From an uncultured Chloroflexia bacterium (GTDB taxonomy: Bacteria > Chloroflexota > Limnocylindria > Limnocylindrales > CSP1-4), in the NCBI GenBank assembly GCA_963809215.1, contig CAWEIJ010000002.1:2019220-2083219 (forward strand): DNA of 64,000 nucleotides, written 5' to 3'. The position numbers were made by a program, and so were the translations under genes. Under the pieces are notes generated by a model that was given only the letters and a program-made list of their open reading frames with translations, had not been told where the DNA came from and ran no database searches. Below, piece after piece: positions 1 through 10,822 of this stretch. Each line of letters opens with the position of its first letter. Position 1 is the stretch's first letter.

Positions 1-152
1 GCCGACGCCGCGGGCACGAGGCCGGCCAGCCCGACGAGCAGGAAGGCCAGCATGGCCGCGGCCGAGGCTCGGGCCACGCGAACGGATCCGTGCACCCGGG
101 CCGGGCGCCGGATGGTCGGGGCGTCAGCCGACCCTTCGGTCAAGCTTGTCAT
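1..152 (-). CDS. partial CDS (N-terminal ~50 codons; gene runs off the left edge): secreted/membrane protein, MTSLTEGSADAPTIRRPARVHGSVRVARASAAAMLAFLLVGLAGLVPAAS...
   Basis: ATG at 150-152 on the minus strand with GGGGGG Shine-Dalgarno ~7 nt upstream, followed by a hydrophobic signal-peptide-like stretch. Absent from the ORF track because it is truncated by the window edge. Confidence 0.4.
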   Translation of the reverse strand, partial: MTSLTEGSADAPTIRRPARVHGSVRVARASAAAMLAFLLVGLAGLVPAAS

Positions 153-330
153 CAGGAACCCCCCTTTCGCCTCGGCCCGTCGACCCAGGGTCAGCGTGCG
201 GTCGCGAGCACCCCCTGCAATTGACGGACCCGGACGGGCACGGGACCGCTCGGTCCGCGCATCCTCCGGGGTTGACACGGTCGTGTCAATGCGAATCGCG
301 GTCGCCGGGACCGCGCTTCGCGAGCCGCGG

Positions 331-394
331 GGACCGGTGCGACGGACGCGGCGACCCGGTGCGACGGACGCGGGGCCCGGTGCGACGGACGCGG
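331..394. repeat. 3 x ~21-bp tandem direct repeat (CCGGTGCGACGGACGCGG core) in the 5' region of the APC permease gene
   Basis: Direct reading: ggaccggtgcgacggacgcgg / cgacccggtgcgacggacgcgg / ggcccggtgcgacggacgcgg. Confidence 0.6.
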
Positions 395-561
395 CGGCAC
401 GAGCCATGCGCCGCCAATTGCCACCACCGCGCAACCAATCCGCTCCCGCGCATCACGGTCTTCACCCTGTGCGCGGGCGACCCGTGCCCGCACGATCGGG
501 CGAACCGGCGCGACGAACGGGCGCGCCGTGCGGCTGGCACGACCGCGGTGGAGGAGACGAG

Positions 562-2163
562 ATGACGAGCGCCCCCGCACCGGAGATGAAACGAACCCTG
601 AGCCTCACGGGCCTGACCATCAACGCGATGGCACTGATCGCCCCGGGGGCGTTCCTCTGGACGACGTTCCAGTCCCAGGCGATCCAGGCGAACGGCGCCT
701 CGACGACGGCGATGGACATGGTCCCGGGCCTGTTGTTCGCGCTCGTGCTCGCCTTCCTCACCGCGTGGAGCTACGGGGAGCTGTCCAACCTCTACCCGGC
801 CGCGGGCGCGGGCTCGTCGTACTACTTCGCGGAGGCCGCCTTCCTCGAGCGCGAGGAGGCGATCCACTACAAGTTCGCCCGACTCGCGAAGTTCGTGGTC
901 GGCTGGATCTCCCACCTCTACTACTGGATCTACCCGGGGATCATGGTGGCGTTCACAGGGATCCTGGCCGTCTACATCCTCGGCCTGTTCGGGGTCACGC
1001 TCGACACACCGTTCGAGATCGTGCTCGTCGCGGGGTTCGCCGCGATCACCGGGCTGATCGCGTTCCGGGGGATCTCGGGATCGACGCTCACGGCCGTCGT
1101 GATCAACGTCATCCAGCTCACCGCCCTGCTGGCCTTCAGCGTCCTCGCCGTGATCTTCCGGCTCAGCCACCCCGAGCTCTCGTATGCGCACAAGGACGTC
1201 CTCTCCGTCGTCCTGCCGCACAACCTGACGAACGTCCTCTTCCAGGGCACGATCGCGATCCTGCTCCTGGTCGGCTTCGAGTCCGTCACGGCGCTCGGCG
1301 CCGAGGCGCACAACCCGAAGCGCGACGTGCGGCGCGCGGTCCTCCTCTCGCTCGCGATCCAGGGCCTCTTCGCCTACGTCATCGAGTACGTGGCCGCGAA
1401 CTTCGCGGTGAGCAGCGCGCTCACCGGGACCGTCACGGATGCGACCGGCAAGGTCACCGCGGTCACCGGCTACGGCGCGGCCGCGGCCTCCGGGGCGCCC
1501 ATCGGCGACCTGGTCAGGCTCATCGGCGACACGATGCTCGGCGGGACGGGCACGGTTCTCGCGCTGATCCTGGCCGCGACCGTCCTCGTGGCGCTGATCG
1601 GGACGACCCTCGCCTGCCTGAACACCGGCGTCCGGATCACGTACGTCATGGGCCGCGATCGCGAAGTCCCGGGGCTGCTGGGTCTCCTCCACGGGCGGTA
1701 CGCCACGCCGCATTTCGGGATCCTCGTGCTCGCGGTGATCTCGGGCGTCCTCGGCGCCTACGGGATCCTCAGCGCGGACAACCTCCTGCAGATCATCCTC
1801 GCCTCGAATGTCGGCACGTTCCTGGTCTATGGGATGACGAACCTCCTCGTCATGATCGCCTTCTGGGCCCGTCCGGAGCGCTCCGCGCTCAAGCACATCC
1901 TCGTCCCGGCCCTCGGCCTGGTCGCCAACGTGGGAATGCTGCTGACGGTGCTCTTCATGAGCATCGCGTCCGGCGGGTCCACCCAGGCGGACACGCTCGT
2001 CGCGGTTGGCATCGTGACGGCCTGGATCGTCATCGGGGCGGCCTGGCTGACCCTGAACTCGCGGGCCACGCAGACGCCCATCCTTGTCCGGCGCAGCCCG
2101 ACCGAGCTCGCGACCGCCGCCGAGCGCGCCTCCGCCAGTGAGCGGATCGAGGCGGCCGGCTGA
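562..2163 (+). CDS. APC-family amino acid permease (12-TM transporter)
   Basis: ORF 52..2163 in-frame; the protein-like sequence begins at MTSAPAPEMKRTLSLTGLTINAMALIAPGAFLWTTF. It has the typical APC permease hydrophobic pattern, and the upstream portion of the ORF is low-complexity non-coding. Confidence 0.85.
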   Translation: MTSAPAPEMKRTLSLTGLTINAMALIAPGAFLWTTFQSQAIQANGASTTAMDMVPGLLFALVLAFLTAWSYGELSNLYPAAGAGSSYYFAEAAFLEREEAIHYKFARLAKFVVGWISHLYYWIYPGIMVAFTGILAVYILGLFGVTLDTPFEIVLVAGFAAITGLIAFRGISGSTLTAVVINVIQLTALLAFSVLAVIFRLSHPELSYAHKDVLSVVLPHNLTNVLFQGTIAILLLVGFESVTALGAEAHNPKRDVRRAVLLSLAIQGLFAYVIEYVAANFAVSSALTGTVTDATGKVTAVTGYGAAAASGAPIGDLVRLIGDTMLGGTGTVLALILAATVLVALIGTTLACLNTGVRITYVMGRDREVPGLLGLLHGRYATPHFGILVLAVISGVLGAYGILSADNLLQIILASNVGTFLVYGMTNLLVMIAFWARPERSALKHILVPALGLVANVGMLLTVLFMSIASGGSTQADTLVAVGIVTAWIVIGAAWLTLNSRATQTPILVRRSPTELATAAERASASERIEAAG

Positions 2164-2213
2164 GCGCCCCTGCGCCGGGTGTCCCGCCCGGCGACCCCCA
2201 TCGGTCCATCGGC

Positions 2214-3136
2214 ATGCCGGCGGCGCCCTCCGTGGCGCCGCCGGCATCGGCCATCCTCGGGGAAGAGGTCGCCGCCGGGGGCGGGCAGCACGTCCGCCTC
2301 CGGCTCGCGACGCTCTCCGTCGTCGGCCCCGTCCGCGAGACGAACGAGGACCACGTGGGCTGGTTCGACGCGGCCGGTCACGACCTCACCGGGACGCCCG
2401 GCGAATCGATCCGGACCGCGGCCCTGGCCGGCCCGGCGGTGGGCCTCATGGTCGCGGACGGCCTCGGCGGCCATGGGCGGGGCGACCTGGCGAGCCGAAC
2501 GGCCACCCGGATCGTCGTGGAGGCGCTGGCGGTGGCGACCCAGCCCGGACCCGGCGACCTCCGGGCGGCCCTCGAGCTCGCCAACGGCGCACTGCTCGCG
2601 GGAGAGCTCGACGGGGCGACCGACCGGCGGCCCGGCCCGCAGACGACCGCGGCGGTCCTCGTGTTCTCCGCGGGATCGCTCCACGTCGCGCACATCGGGG
2701 ACACCCGCGTCTACCGGATGCGCGACGACGTCGTGGAGCTCCTCACGCGTGACCATTCGCAGGCGGCAGAGCTCGTCCGGATGAAGGTCATCAAGCCGCA
2801 CCAGGCCCGCACCCACCCCGGCCGACACCTGCTCACGCGGTCGCTCGGCGGCGACCTCATCCTGCGCGCCGACGCGGCCTCGCGGGCGATCTACCCGGGC
2901 GATGCGTACGCCGTCTGCACCGACGGCTGCTGGGGCGGGCTGGACCAGGAGCACTTCGAGGCGGCGCTCCGCGCCGAGCCGGCCGCGGGCGCCCGTGACC
3001 TCGTCTCGCAGGCGATCGCGTCGGGCGGCGACGATAATGCGACCGTGGCAATCATCCACGTGGACGCCCCGGGCTCGCCCCGCGACGGCGACGGACCCGA
3101 CCGATCGTTCTGGCGACGGCTCCTCGCGGGCCGCAC

Positions 3137-3140
<4 letters not shown>
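2214..3140 (+). CDS. PP2C-family Ser/Thr protein phosphatase
   Basis: Motifs VVGPVRETNEDHVGWFD and MVADGLGGHGRGDLAS. ATGA overlap with the downstream kinase gene. Confidence 0.85.
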
Positions 3141-4120
<980 letters not shown>

Positions 4121-4306
4121 GACGGCAGAGCCCGCAGCCGCGGCTGCATCCGGGCTGCGGGCTCGCCGACCGGGAAGTCGTCAGCGCGGTGTCAGAGCTG
4201 CCCCGGATCGCCGGAACGCTGCCGTCGCGGGCAGCACGACCTGCGGGGCCGGGCAGCGGGTCGCGCACGCGGACGGGACGCCGGCCCGATCGGCCCGCGC
4301 CCGCTC

Positions 4307-4340
4307 GAAGAAGGCCCGTCCCCCAGGACGGGCCTTCTTC
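4307..4340 (+). terminator. strong GC hairpin (15-bp perfect stem GAAGAAGGCCCGTCC / GGACGGGCCTTCTTC, 4-nt loop); intrinsic-terminator-like element between the kinase and LLM genes
   Basis: Perfect inverted repeat read directly; no clear U-tract, which is common in high-GC genomes. A second weaker hairpin lies at 4127-4170. Confidence 0.4.
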
Positions 4341-4570
4341 GGCGAATTGGGCGAGGGATGGGACGGGCGATCGGCCATTCGTCACCGAGTGTGAGGGCGG
4401 GGCCCGCGACCGTCATTACGACTCGTCATCCGACCGGCGGCGTCACCTCCGGCCGCGACGCCCGACGTCAACCTGGCGCCCGCGACGCCAACGCGCCCGC
4501 TGGGGGAAACTGGAGTCGACGGTCGAGCGGCCGGCCGTTCGGGGATCCATCCTGCCACGAGGTGCGGCCA

Positions 4571-5506
4571 ATGCGACCGATGTTCGGGTATCACCTTCCC
4601 AACTACACCTTCCCGGGGGTCGGACCGGAGTCGCTGTTCGAGCACGTCGCGGACCTCGCCCGCCGGGCCGAGGCGGTGGGCTTCGACCTCGTGACGGTGA
4701 TGGACCACTTCTACCAGATCGGCGGGGTCGGGCCCGAAGATGCCTCGATGCTCGAGGCCTATTCCACCCTCGCCGGGATCGCGGCCCGTACCTCGCGCGT
4801 CCGCGTCGGGGCCCTCGTGACCGGCGTCACCTACCGCAACCCGGCGCACCTCGCGAAGATCGTGACCACGCTCGACGTGGTATCCGGCGGCCGGGCCATC
4901 CTGGGGATGGGGGCGGCCTGGAACGAGTCGGAGCACCGCGGGTACGGGTTCGACTTCCCGCGGGTCGGCGAGCGGATGGACCGCCTCGACGAGGCCCTGA
5001 CGATCTGCCGCCTGATGTTCACCGAGGAGCGCCCGACCTTCGAAGGCCGCTTCTACCGGATCGAGGCCGCGCTCAACCGGCCGAGGCCGATCCAGGCCGG
5101 CGGGCCGCGGATCCTCGTCGGCGGCGGCGGCGAGCAGCGGACGCTGCGCCTGGTCGCGCGCCATGCCGACTACGCGCACTGGTTCCCGCTGGGCAAGGAG
5201 GTGCTTCGCCGCAAGGCCGACCTCCTGGAGCGCTACTGCGAGGAGATCGGCCGCGACCCCGCGACGATCACCCGGACGATGGCCTCCCCGGTGCTCCTCG
5301 TGCCCGACGAGCGCGAGGGAGAGGCACGCCTCGCCCGGATCCCGCCGGAGCGCCGCGGCGGGCTCGTGCCGGCTGCGCCGGCGCGGGCCGCGGAGATCCT
5401 GGCCGAGTACGTGGATGCGGGCTTCGGTGGCTTCACGTTCGCCAACACGATGCTGCCGGGCGAGCTCCTCGACCTCGCGGGCGAGCTGATCGCCGCGTTC
5501 GCCTGA
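4571..5506 (+). CDS. LLM-class F420-dependent oxidoreductase (luciferase-like monooxygenase family)
   Basis: MRPMFGYHLPNYTFPGVGPESLFEHVADLARRAEAVGFDLVTVMDHFYQI...ILGMGAAW. The first ~70 codons of the ORF-track ORF are Arg/Gly-rich non-coding read-through. Confidence 0.85.
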   Translation: MRPMFGYHLPNYTFPGVGPESLFEHVADLARRAEAVGFDLVTVMDHFYQIGGVGPEDASMLEAYSTLAGIAARTSRVRVGALVTGVTYRNPAHLAKIVTTLDVVSGGRAILGMGAAWNESEHRGYGFDFPRVGERMDRLDEALTICRLMFTEERPTFEGRFYRIEAALNRPRPIQAGGPRILVGGGGEQRTLRLVARHADYAHWFPLGKEVLRRKADLLERYCEEIGRDPATITRTMASPVLLVPDEREGEARLARIPPERRGGLVPAAPARAAEILAEYVDAGFGGFTFANTMLPGELLDLAGELIAAFA

Positions 5507-5602
5507 GCGGCGGCCGAGCGGCCCCGCGTGCTCCGGCGGCGGGACCGCGGCGGCGCTCGCGCGATGGTGGAGCCTCGCGGTCGTGGAGGCTCGCGGCCCC
5601 CG

Positions 5603-6190
5603 CTACAGGACCTGTCGAGCGGCGACGCGCCCGACGGCGATCGGCATCGACTGGAACGTGACGTAGCTGCCGGTCCACGGCGTCGGCGCGAACCGGAAGC
5701 GGAACGGCAGCAGGAACCCGCGGAGCGCCGCAACCGGGATGCTCGTGTCCGGCGGCGCGTCGTATCCGCCGATGCTCTGCCGCCCGTAGAGCGGGCCGAC
5801 GATTCGCACGCTGACCACGTTGAAGTCGCTCGTGACCGCCGGATCGGCCGTCGCGGTGAACCCGGTGAGCACCCATGCATGACGCCCCGCCGCGACGATC
5901 ATCGCGACGGGCTCGCCGCTGACGCGGAGGCGCGTGACGGCCGACCGGACCGCCGAATCGAAGGTCGGGCTTGCCACGAGGGCGTAGGCCGGATCGACGA
6001 AGCGCCGGAGCCCCGCGAGGAACCCCTGCGGGTCGACGCCCCGCTGCGGGACATGCTGGAAGCGGTTGCTCGCCCGCATGTACGTGAAGTACTGCTGCTG
6101 GCTGGCGCTCGCGTGGTCGCTCCCGCCGACGAGGATGTTGCGCATGATCTGGACGCTCGCCGCGGTGCACCAGGTCCACGTCGCCTGCAT
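5603..6190 (-). CDS. C39-like (papain-fold) peptidase domain protein; the canonical start codon is missing and the true N-terminus probably lies upstream (signal peptide encoded in-frame at ~6250-6330)
   Basis: WCTAASVQIM (Cys motif) and GRHAWVLTGF (His motif) resemble the C39/C39-like Cys-His dyad. The upstream in-frame translation RRIGASGALVLALWTLAAGPVSGASPVSGA is signal-peptide-like but has no ATG/GTG/TTG. Confidence 0.6.
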   Translation of the reverse strand: MQATWTWCTAASVQIMRNILVGGSDHASASQQQYFTYMRASNRFQHVPQRGVDPQGFLAGLRRFVDPAYALVASPTFDSAVRSAVTRLRVSGEPVAMIVAAGRHAWVLTGFTATADPAVTSDFNVVSVRIVGPLYGRQSIGGYDAPPDTSIPVAALRGFLLPFRFRFAPTPWTGSYVTFQSMPIAVGRVAARQVL

Positions 6191-6400
6191 CGAGAAGACA
6201 CCCGGGCGGTAGACGTCGAACGTCTCTGCGCCGGAGACGGGCGAGGCGCCGGAGACGGGGCCTGCGGCCAGGGTCCAGAGCGCGAGGACGAGCGCGCCGG
6301 AGGCGCCGATGCGACGCGCGTGCCGGCCCCGTCCGCCGCGCGCACTCGCGGCCGCGACCGGCGGGGCGAGCCGCGTCCGGGTCGCGGCGTTTCGATGGGG

Positions 6401-7228
6401 TCATGTCTGGGCTGGCTGGTCCGGTGGGATCGCCTGCTGCGCGACGGCAAACCCGTTGCCGTCCGCGTCCGGTGCCGAGGGCGTGTCGACGAGCGTTCCG
6501 CGACGGAGCATCGCACCGGCGTCGGCGATCGACAGCTGCGCCGCGGCGCCATTCAACGTTGCGTTGTCGAAGACGACCGGCGCGTGCGGGGCGAGCGGCG
6601 GGATCCTCCAGCCGACGAGCGGCGCCTCCTCGATCCACTCGGCGGACGCCCCGGGCCCGGCGTACCCGCGGACGGTCGTGAAGCTCCCGGATCGGCGATC
6701 CTTGAGGCTGATCCGCCAGCGGCCCGTCGAGACGCGCGAGATCGTCACGATGATCACGTCGCCGGGCCGAACCGACAGCGAGCGGATGGTGACGGCCGGC
6801 GCCGGCAGGATCTCCCACCAGGCCGAGTAGCGGGGCGTCCCGTCGACGAAGTTCGCCTCCGTTCCTGCCTGGATGAGCGCGGCGCTGCTGACCCCGTCGA
6901 TGCCGACCCACTGGGCGGAATAGGAGGAGCGACCGGTCGGGATGACCGAGGGAACGGTCCACTGGCCGCTCACGCTCCGGTACGGCCCGGCCTCCATGGC
7001 GTAACCCGCCCAGTTCGTCGAGTACCAGCCGAGGTCGCCGGCGCTCCTCACGCCGGCCGGTGTCGCCGCGTGGACAATCGGCTCGGCCGCCGCGGTCGGT
7101 GACGCGAAGGCGGTCCCACTCCGCAACGGGGCGAAGGCCGGCCCGGGAGTGACAGCTCCGCCGGTCGAGACCACGCTCGCTCCGAGCGTCAGCAACGCGG
7201 CGATCGCCAGCATCGGCCTCGCGTGCAT
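6401..7228 (-). CDS. secreted peptidase G1 (eqolisin/scytalidoglutamic peptidase) family protein
   Basis: Signal peptide MHARPMLAIAALLTLGASVVSTGGAV. G1-family hallmarks NWAGYAM and SAQWVGIDG. The ORF-track ORF extends upstream through low-complexity sequence. Confidence 0.7.
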   Translation of the reverse strand: MHARPMLAIAALLTLGASVVSTGGAVTPGPAFAPLRSGTAFASPTAAAEPIVHAATPAGVRSAGDLGWYSTNWAGYAMEAGPYRSVSGQWTVPSVIPTGRSSYSAQWVGIDGVSSAALIQAGTEANFVDGTPRYSAWWEILPAPAVTIRSLSVRPGDVIIVTISRVSTGRWRISLKDRRSGSFTTVRGYAGPGASAEWIEEAPLVGWRIPPLAPHAPVVFDNATLNGAAAQLSIADAGAMLRRGTLVDTPSAPDADGNGFAVAQQAIPPDQPAQT

Positions 7229-7503
7229 CTGCGTCGGACCTCCCGCGCTCCGTCCCGGCCTCGCCGTGTCCGGTGTCGTGCCGCATGGCGGGCCGCAGCA
7301 CCTCGTGCGGCGCCGCGGCACGTCGTCGGGCACAGTCTCCCCCGCGTGGCGCAGGATCTCGACCAAGGGGTGACTAAGAAACGGACACCGACGCCCGGTG
7401 CAGCGCGCGAGCGGGTCCCTGCCCGGCGGAAGACGCGGTCGCCCCGCGTGGTCGACCGCTGCGTGCCGGCGGCATCGGCGTCGCGGGACGCCTGGCGGCG
7501 GCC

Positions 7504-7905
7504 CTACTCCGTTCCGAGCGCCTTCTTCATCATGGCGAGCGAGCGGTCCGGGCCCTTGAAGCCGACGAGGTACTCGAGCCGGATCGGTGCGAAGCACTCG
7601 TAGAAGATCACGTCCTCGTCCGTCAGCTGGCGGAAGGCGTGGACGTAGTTCGAGGGGATGATCAGCAGCGACCCGGGCCCGACCTCGGATTCCTCCTCGC
7701 CCACCTTCGCCCAGAGGCGGCCCTGCTCGACGAGCATCAGCTGCTCCGCGTCATGGGTGTGGTCCGGGATCACGACGCCGCCCCGGTAGACGATCCGGGT
7801 GAGCATGGTCTTCTCGCCCGAGACGGCCTGGCGGAAGACGCCGGGGATGTACTCGACGGTCGGGAACTCGTCCCAGGTCGTGATCTGTCCCATCGCGTTC
7901 TCCAT
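7504..7905 (-). CDS. cupin-domain protein
   Basis: Small beta-barrel pattern with VIPDHTHDAEQLMLVEQG and LLIIPSNYVHAF (His-containing cupin motifs). Confidence 0.7.
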   Translation of the reverse strand: MENAMGQITTWDEFPTVEYIPGVFRQAVSGEKTMLTRIVYRGGVVIPDHTHDAEQLMLVEQGRLWAKVGEEESEVGPGSLLIIPSNYVHAFRQLTDEDVIFYECFAPIRLEYLVGFKGPDRSLAMMKKALGTE

Positions 7906-7966
7906 GTTTCCGCTGTGTCGGATCCTGCCCGGGTCGGCCGGGCCCGATCTGCGCTCCTGTTGCGGC

Positions 7967-8978
7967 TCAGGCGGGCCGGGGCTGCAGTGCCTCCAGGCCG
8001 CGGAGGATCTTCTCGGGGGTGACCGGCAGATCGTCGATCCGGACGCCCGTGGCGTGATAGATGGCGTTGACGATCGCGGGGATCGGCGAGTTCGCCGTCA
8101 TCTCGCCCAGGCCCTTGACCCCGTACGGCCCGCTCGAGGACGGCATCTCCAGGACGACCGACTTCGATCTCCGGCATCTCCAGGATGCCGGGCACCAGGT
8201 ACTCGCTGAAGTCCCGGGGGCTGTGATCCGCGGCCGGGTAATACGGCGCGGTGGTCTCGTAGAGGGCGTGGGACATGCCCATGAACGCGCCGCCGGTGAT
8301 CTGTCCGGCGACGAGCGCCGGGTTGACCTGGCGGCCGACCTCGTAGGCGCTCCGGATGCTCAGGACCCGGACCTCGCCCGTCTCGGTGTCGACCTCGACC
8401 TCGGCCACGGTGCAGGCGTGCGCCTCCGTGGAGTCGGGATCCATGGCGCCGTTCTCCGGGTCGACCGGGCTCTTCGGCTTCATGTAGCTTCCGCGCCCCG
8501 AGATCGTGCGGCCGTACTTGAACTGCGCCAGCGAGGCGATGTCGGCGACCCGGACCGAGCGCGATGGGGCGCCTCGAACCATGAGGTTCCCGTGCCCGTC
8601 GATCTCGAGGTCCTCGACAGCGGCCTCGAGCTCCTCGGAGGCGACGTCGAGCAGCGCCCGACGGGCCTCGAGGGCGGCCGCGATCACGGCGTTGCCGACA
8701 CGGTGGGTGGCGCGACTCGCGAAGGTCCCCATGTCGTGGGGACCGGTGTCCGTGTCCGCGGTGTCGATCACGATCTCCCCGAAATCGACGCCCAGCGTCT
8801 CCGCCGCGATCTGGCCGATGACCGTCTTGAGCCCCTGCCCGAGGTCCGTGGCGGAGAGCGACACGACGAACGACCCGCTCGTCGTGGCGTGGATCAGCGC
8901 CTGCGACGGGTCGCCGCCGAGGTTCATGCCGGTCGGGTAGTTGACGGCGGCGATCCCCGTTCCGCGCAGCCTCGCCAT
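7967..8978 (-). pseudogene. C-terminal part of a CoxL/XdhA-family molybdopterin-binding large subunit, with an apparent +1 frameshift near 8125-8145. The conserved tail GPYGVKGLGEMTANSPIPAIVNAIYHATGVRIDDLPVTPEKIL is in another frame.
   Basis: ORF 7770..8978 is protein-like through ...YLVPGILEMPEIEV, then degenerates. The conserved C-terminus is recovered by a one-nucleotide shift. The start ATG overlaps the upstream ORF stop (TGATG), so this may be a separate subunit or the result of another indel. Confidence 0.6.
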
Positions 8979-10330
8979 CAGTCGCGCCCTCCGTCATGGC
9001 CGGCGACGCGGGGTGCCGACGTCATCGCCCGCAGGTCGTCGGGCAGCTCGTGCCCGACGAGGGCCGCGGCGGCCTGCATCGTCTCGATCAGCGTGGCGTC
9101 CTCCGCGAGCTTCCGGTGTGGCTTCAGGTCGCCGTCGTGGTAGGCGTTGATGAAGCGGATCGTCCAGGGATCCAGGCCGACCCGCTCGGCGATCCTGTCC
9201 ATCTGGACCTCGAGCGCGAAGGAGCCCATCGTCACCCCGAAGCCGCGCATCGCGCTGGTCGGCTGACGGTTCGTGTAGACGCAGTAGGCGTCGATCGACA
9301 CGTTCGGGATCGCGTAGGGTCCGGCGGCGTTTGCCGCGTGCTTCGTCAGCGCGTAGGGCGTCTGGCGGCTGTACGCCCCGGAGTCGGCGTAGCTCGTCAC
9401 CTTGCGGGCGATGATGTGGCCGTCGCGCGAGACGCCGTCCTTGATGTAGATGCGCCAGGCGCTGCGGGTCGACGAGACCTGCATCTCCTCGGAGCGGCTG
9501 TAGGCGAAGCGCACCGGCCGGTTCGTCTTCATCGCCGCGAGCGTGGCGATCGGCTCCACGATGACGTCGACCTTGCCACCGAAGCCGCCCCCCACGGTTC
9601 CCCCCACGAAGTGGAGCCGGTTGCCGGGGACCTGCAGGATGATCGCCGTGTTGTCCAGGCTGAAGTAGAGGGCCTGGGTGTTGGTGTAGACGGTGAAGCG
9701 GCCGTTGGCTTCGGGGACCGCGATGCAGCCGGTCGTCTCCAGCGGGGCTTGCTCGATGGGGCTCGTGTTGTAGACGCCCTCCACGATGTGGTCGGCGCGC
9801 TCGAACGCGGCCTCGACGTCGCCCAGGCGCACCCGCCGGCAGGGATGGCCCTCGTACATGAACGTGTTGTTCCCCCAGCTCGTCACGACCGGGGCACCGG
9901 GAAGGAGCGCCTCCTCGACGTCGAACACCGCGGGCAGCTCCTCCAGGTCGAGGCGGACCTTCGAGACCGCCTCCAGCGCGGCGGCCTCCGTCTCGGCGAC
10001 GATCGCGACGATCGCCTCGCCCCTGAAGCGGACGCGATCCTCGGCGAGCACGTACTCCTCTTCGGGCTCGACGCCGATGAGGCCGAGGATCGTGTACAGG
10101 TTGTGCGGGACGTCCCTGAAGGTCAGGGCCCGGACGAAGCCCGGCACCCGCTCCGCCTCCGACAGGTCGACGCCGTGGATCAGGGCGTGGTGGAGCGGGC
10201 TCCGGACCATCTTGAGATGGAGCATGCCGGGGAACGAGCGGTCGGCGAAGAACTGGGTCCGGCCGGTGACGTGGCCGATCCCGTCGCTGCGTGCGACCGA
10301 CTGGCCGACGACGTTGAGATCGGCGCTCAT
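8978..10330 (-). CDS. N-terminal part (or separate subunit) of a CoxL/XdhA-family molybdopterin-dependent oxidoreductase large subunit
   Basis: Starts MSADLNVVGQSVARSDGIGHVTGRTQFFADR with an ATGA overlap onto the small-subunit stop. Aldehyde oxidase/xanthine dehydrogenase a/b hammerhead and MoCo-binding pattern. Lacks the VAYRCSFR CO-dehydrogenase signature (has AMRGFG). Confidence 0.8.
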   Translation of the reverse strand: MSADLNVVGQSVARSDGIGHVTGRTQFFADRSFPGMLHLKMVRSPLHHALIHGVDLSEAERVPGFVRALTFRDVPHNLYTILGLIGVEPEEEYVLAEDRVRFRGEAIVAIVAETEAAALEAVSKVRLDLEELPAVFDVEEALLPGAPVVTSWGNNTFMYEGHPCRRVRLGDVEAAFERADHIVEGVYNTSPIEQAPLETTGCIAVPEANGRFTVYTNTQALYFSLDNTAIILQVPGNRLHFVGGTVGGGFGGKVDVIVEPIATLAAMKTNRPVRFAYSRSEEMQVSSTRSAWRIYIKDGVSRDGHIIARKVTSYADSGAYSRQTPYALTKHAANAAGPYAIPNVSIDAYCVYTNRQPTSAMRGFGVTMGSFALEVQMDRIAERVGLDPWTIRFINAYHDGDLKPHRKLAEDATLIETMQAAAALVGHELPDDLRAMTSAPRVAGHDGGRD

Positions 10331-10821
10331 CGTGCCTGCTCCTTCGCGTCCTCGCGCATCGCCTCGGCCGCGTCGTGGACCGCCGTGACGATCGGTCGGT
10401 ACCCGGTGCAGCGGCAGATGTTGCCCGCCAGCGCCTGCTTGATGTCGTCGTCGGTCGGGGCCGGCACCCGGTCGAGCAGGGCCGTCGAGACCATGACCAT
10501 TCCGGGCGTGCAGTAGCCGCACTGGAGGGCGTTCGCGTCGAGGAACGCCCGCTGGATCGGGTGCAGGCCTTCGGCCGGCGTGATGCTCTCGAGGGTGGTC
10601 ACGCGTCTTCCCGCGATGTCCTCGACGGGGAGCAGGCAGGCGAGCATCGGCTCCCCGTCCACGAGGACGGTGCAGCTTCCGCAGCCGCCCTGGCGGCAGC
10701 CGTCCTTGGTGGCCGTGAACCCGAGCTGGTTGCGCAGCACGGCCTGCAGGGTCGTCATGGGCCTCACCATGACCTCGACCTCGCGGCCGCCCAGCTCGAA
10801 GATGACGATCGTCGATGCCAT
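10327..10821 (-). CDS. (2Fe-2S)-binding small subunit of a molybdoenzyme (CoxS/XdhC type)
   Basis: CRQGGCGSC...C and CGYCTPG...CRCTGY cysteine motifs. Confidence 0.9.
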   Translation of the reverse strand: MASTIVIFELGGREVEVMVRPMTTLQAVLRNQLGFTATKDGCRQGGCGSCTVLVDGEPMLACLLPVEDIAGRRVTTLESITPAEGLHPIQRAFLDANALQCGYCTPGMVMVSTALLDRVPAPTDDDIKQALAGNICRCTGYRPIVTAVHDAAEAMREDAKEQAR

Positions 10822-10822
10822 G

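Noticed and set aside
286-2247. Very long ORFs on the opposite strand or off-frame from annotated genes (for example 286-2247 -, 528-2141 +, 3775-5661 +, 5433-7301 -, 26987-30829 -, 27775-31821 +, 34599-37391 +, 42050-45823 +, 45963-47405 +, 47609-49426 +)
   Set aside because: Arg/Gly/Pro/Asp-dominated low-complexity translations typical of non-coding frames in ~70% GC DNA. Each overlaps a frame with clearly protein-like, family-recognisable sequence.
6395-6406. TGA between the G1-peptidase and C39-like frames as selenocysteine or programmed read-through
   Set aside because: No SECIS-like context. Both peptidases are secreted proteins with their own signal peptide. A start-codon problem or indel is far more likely.
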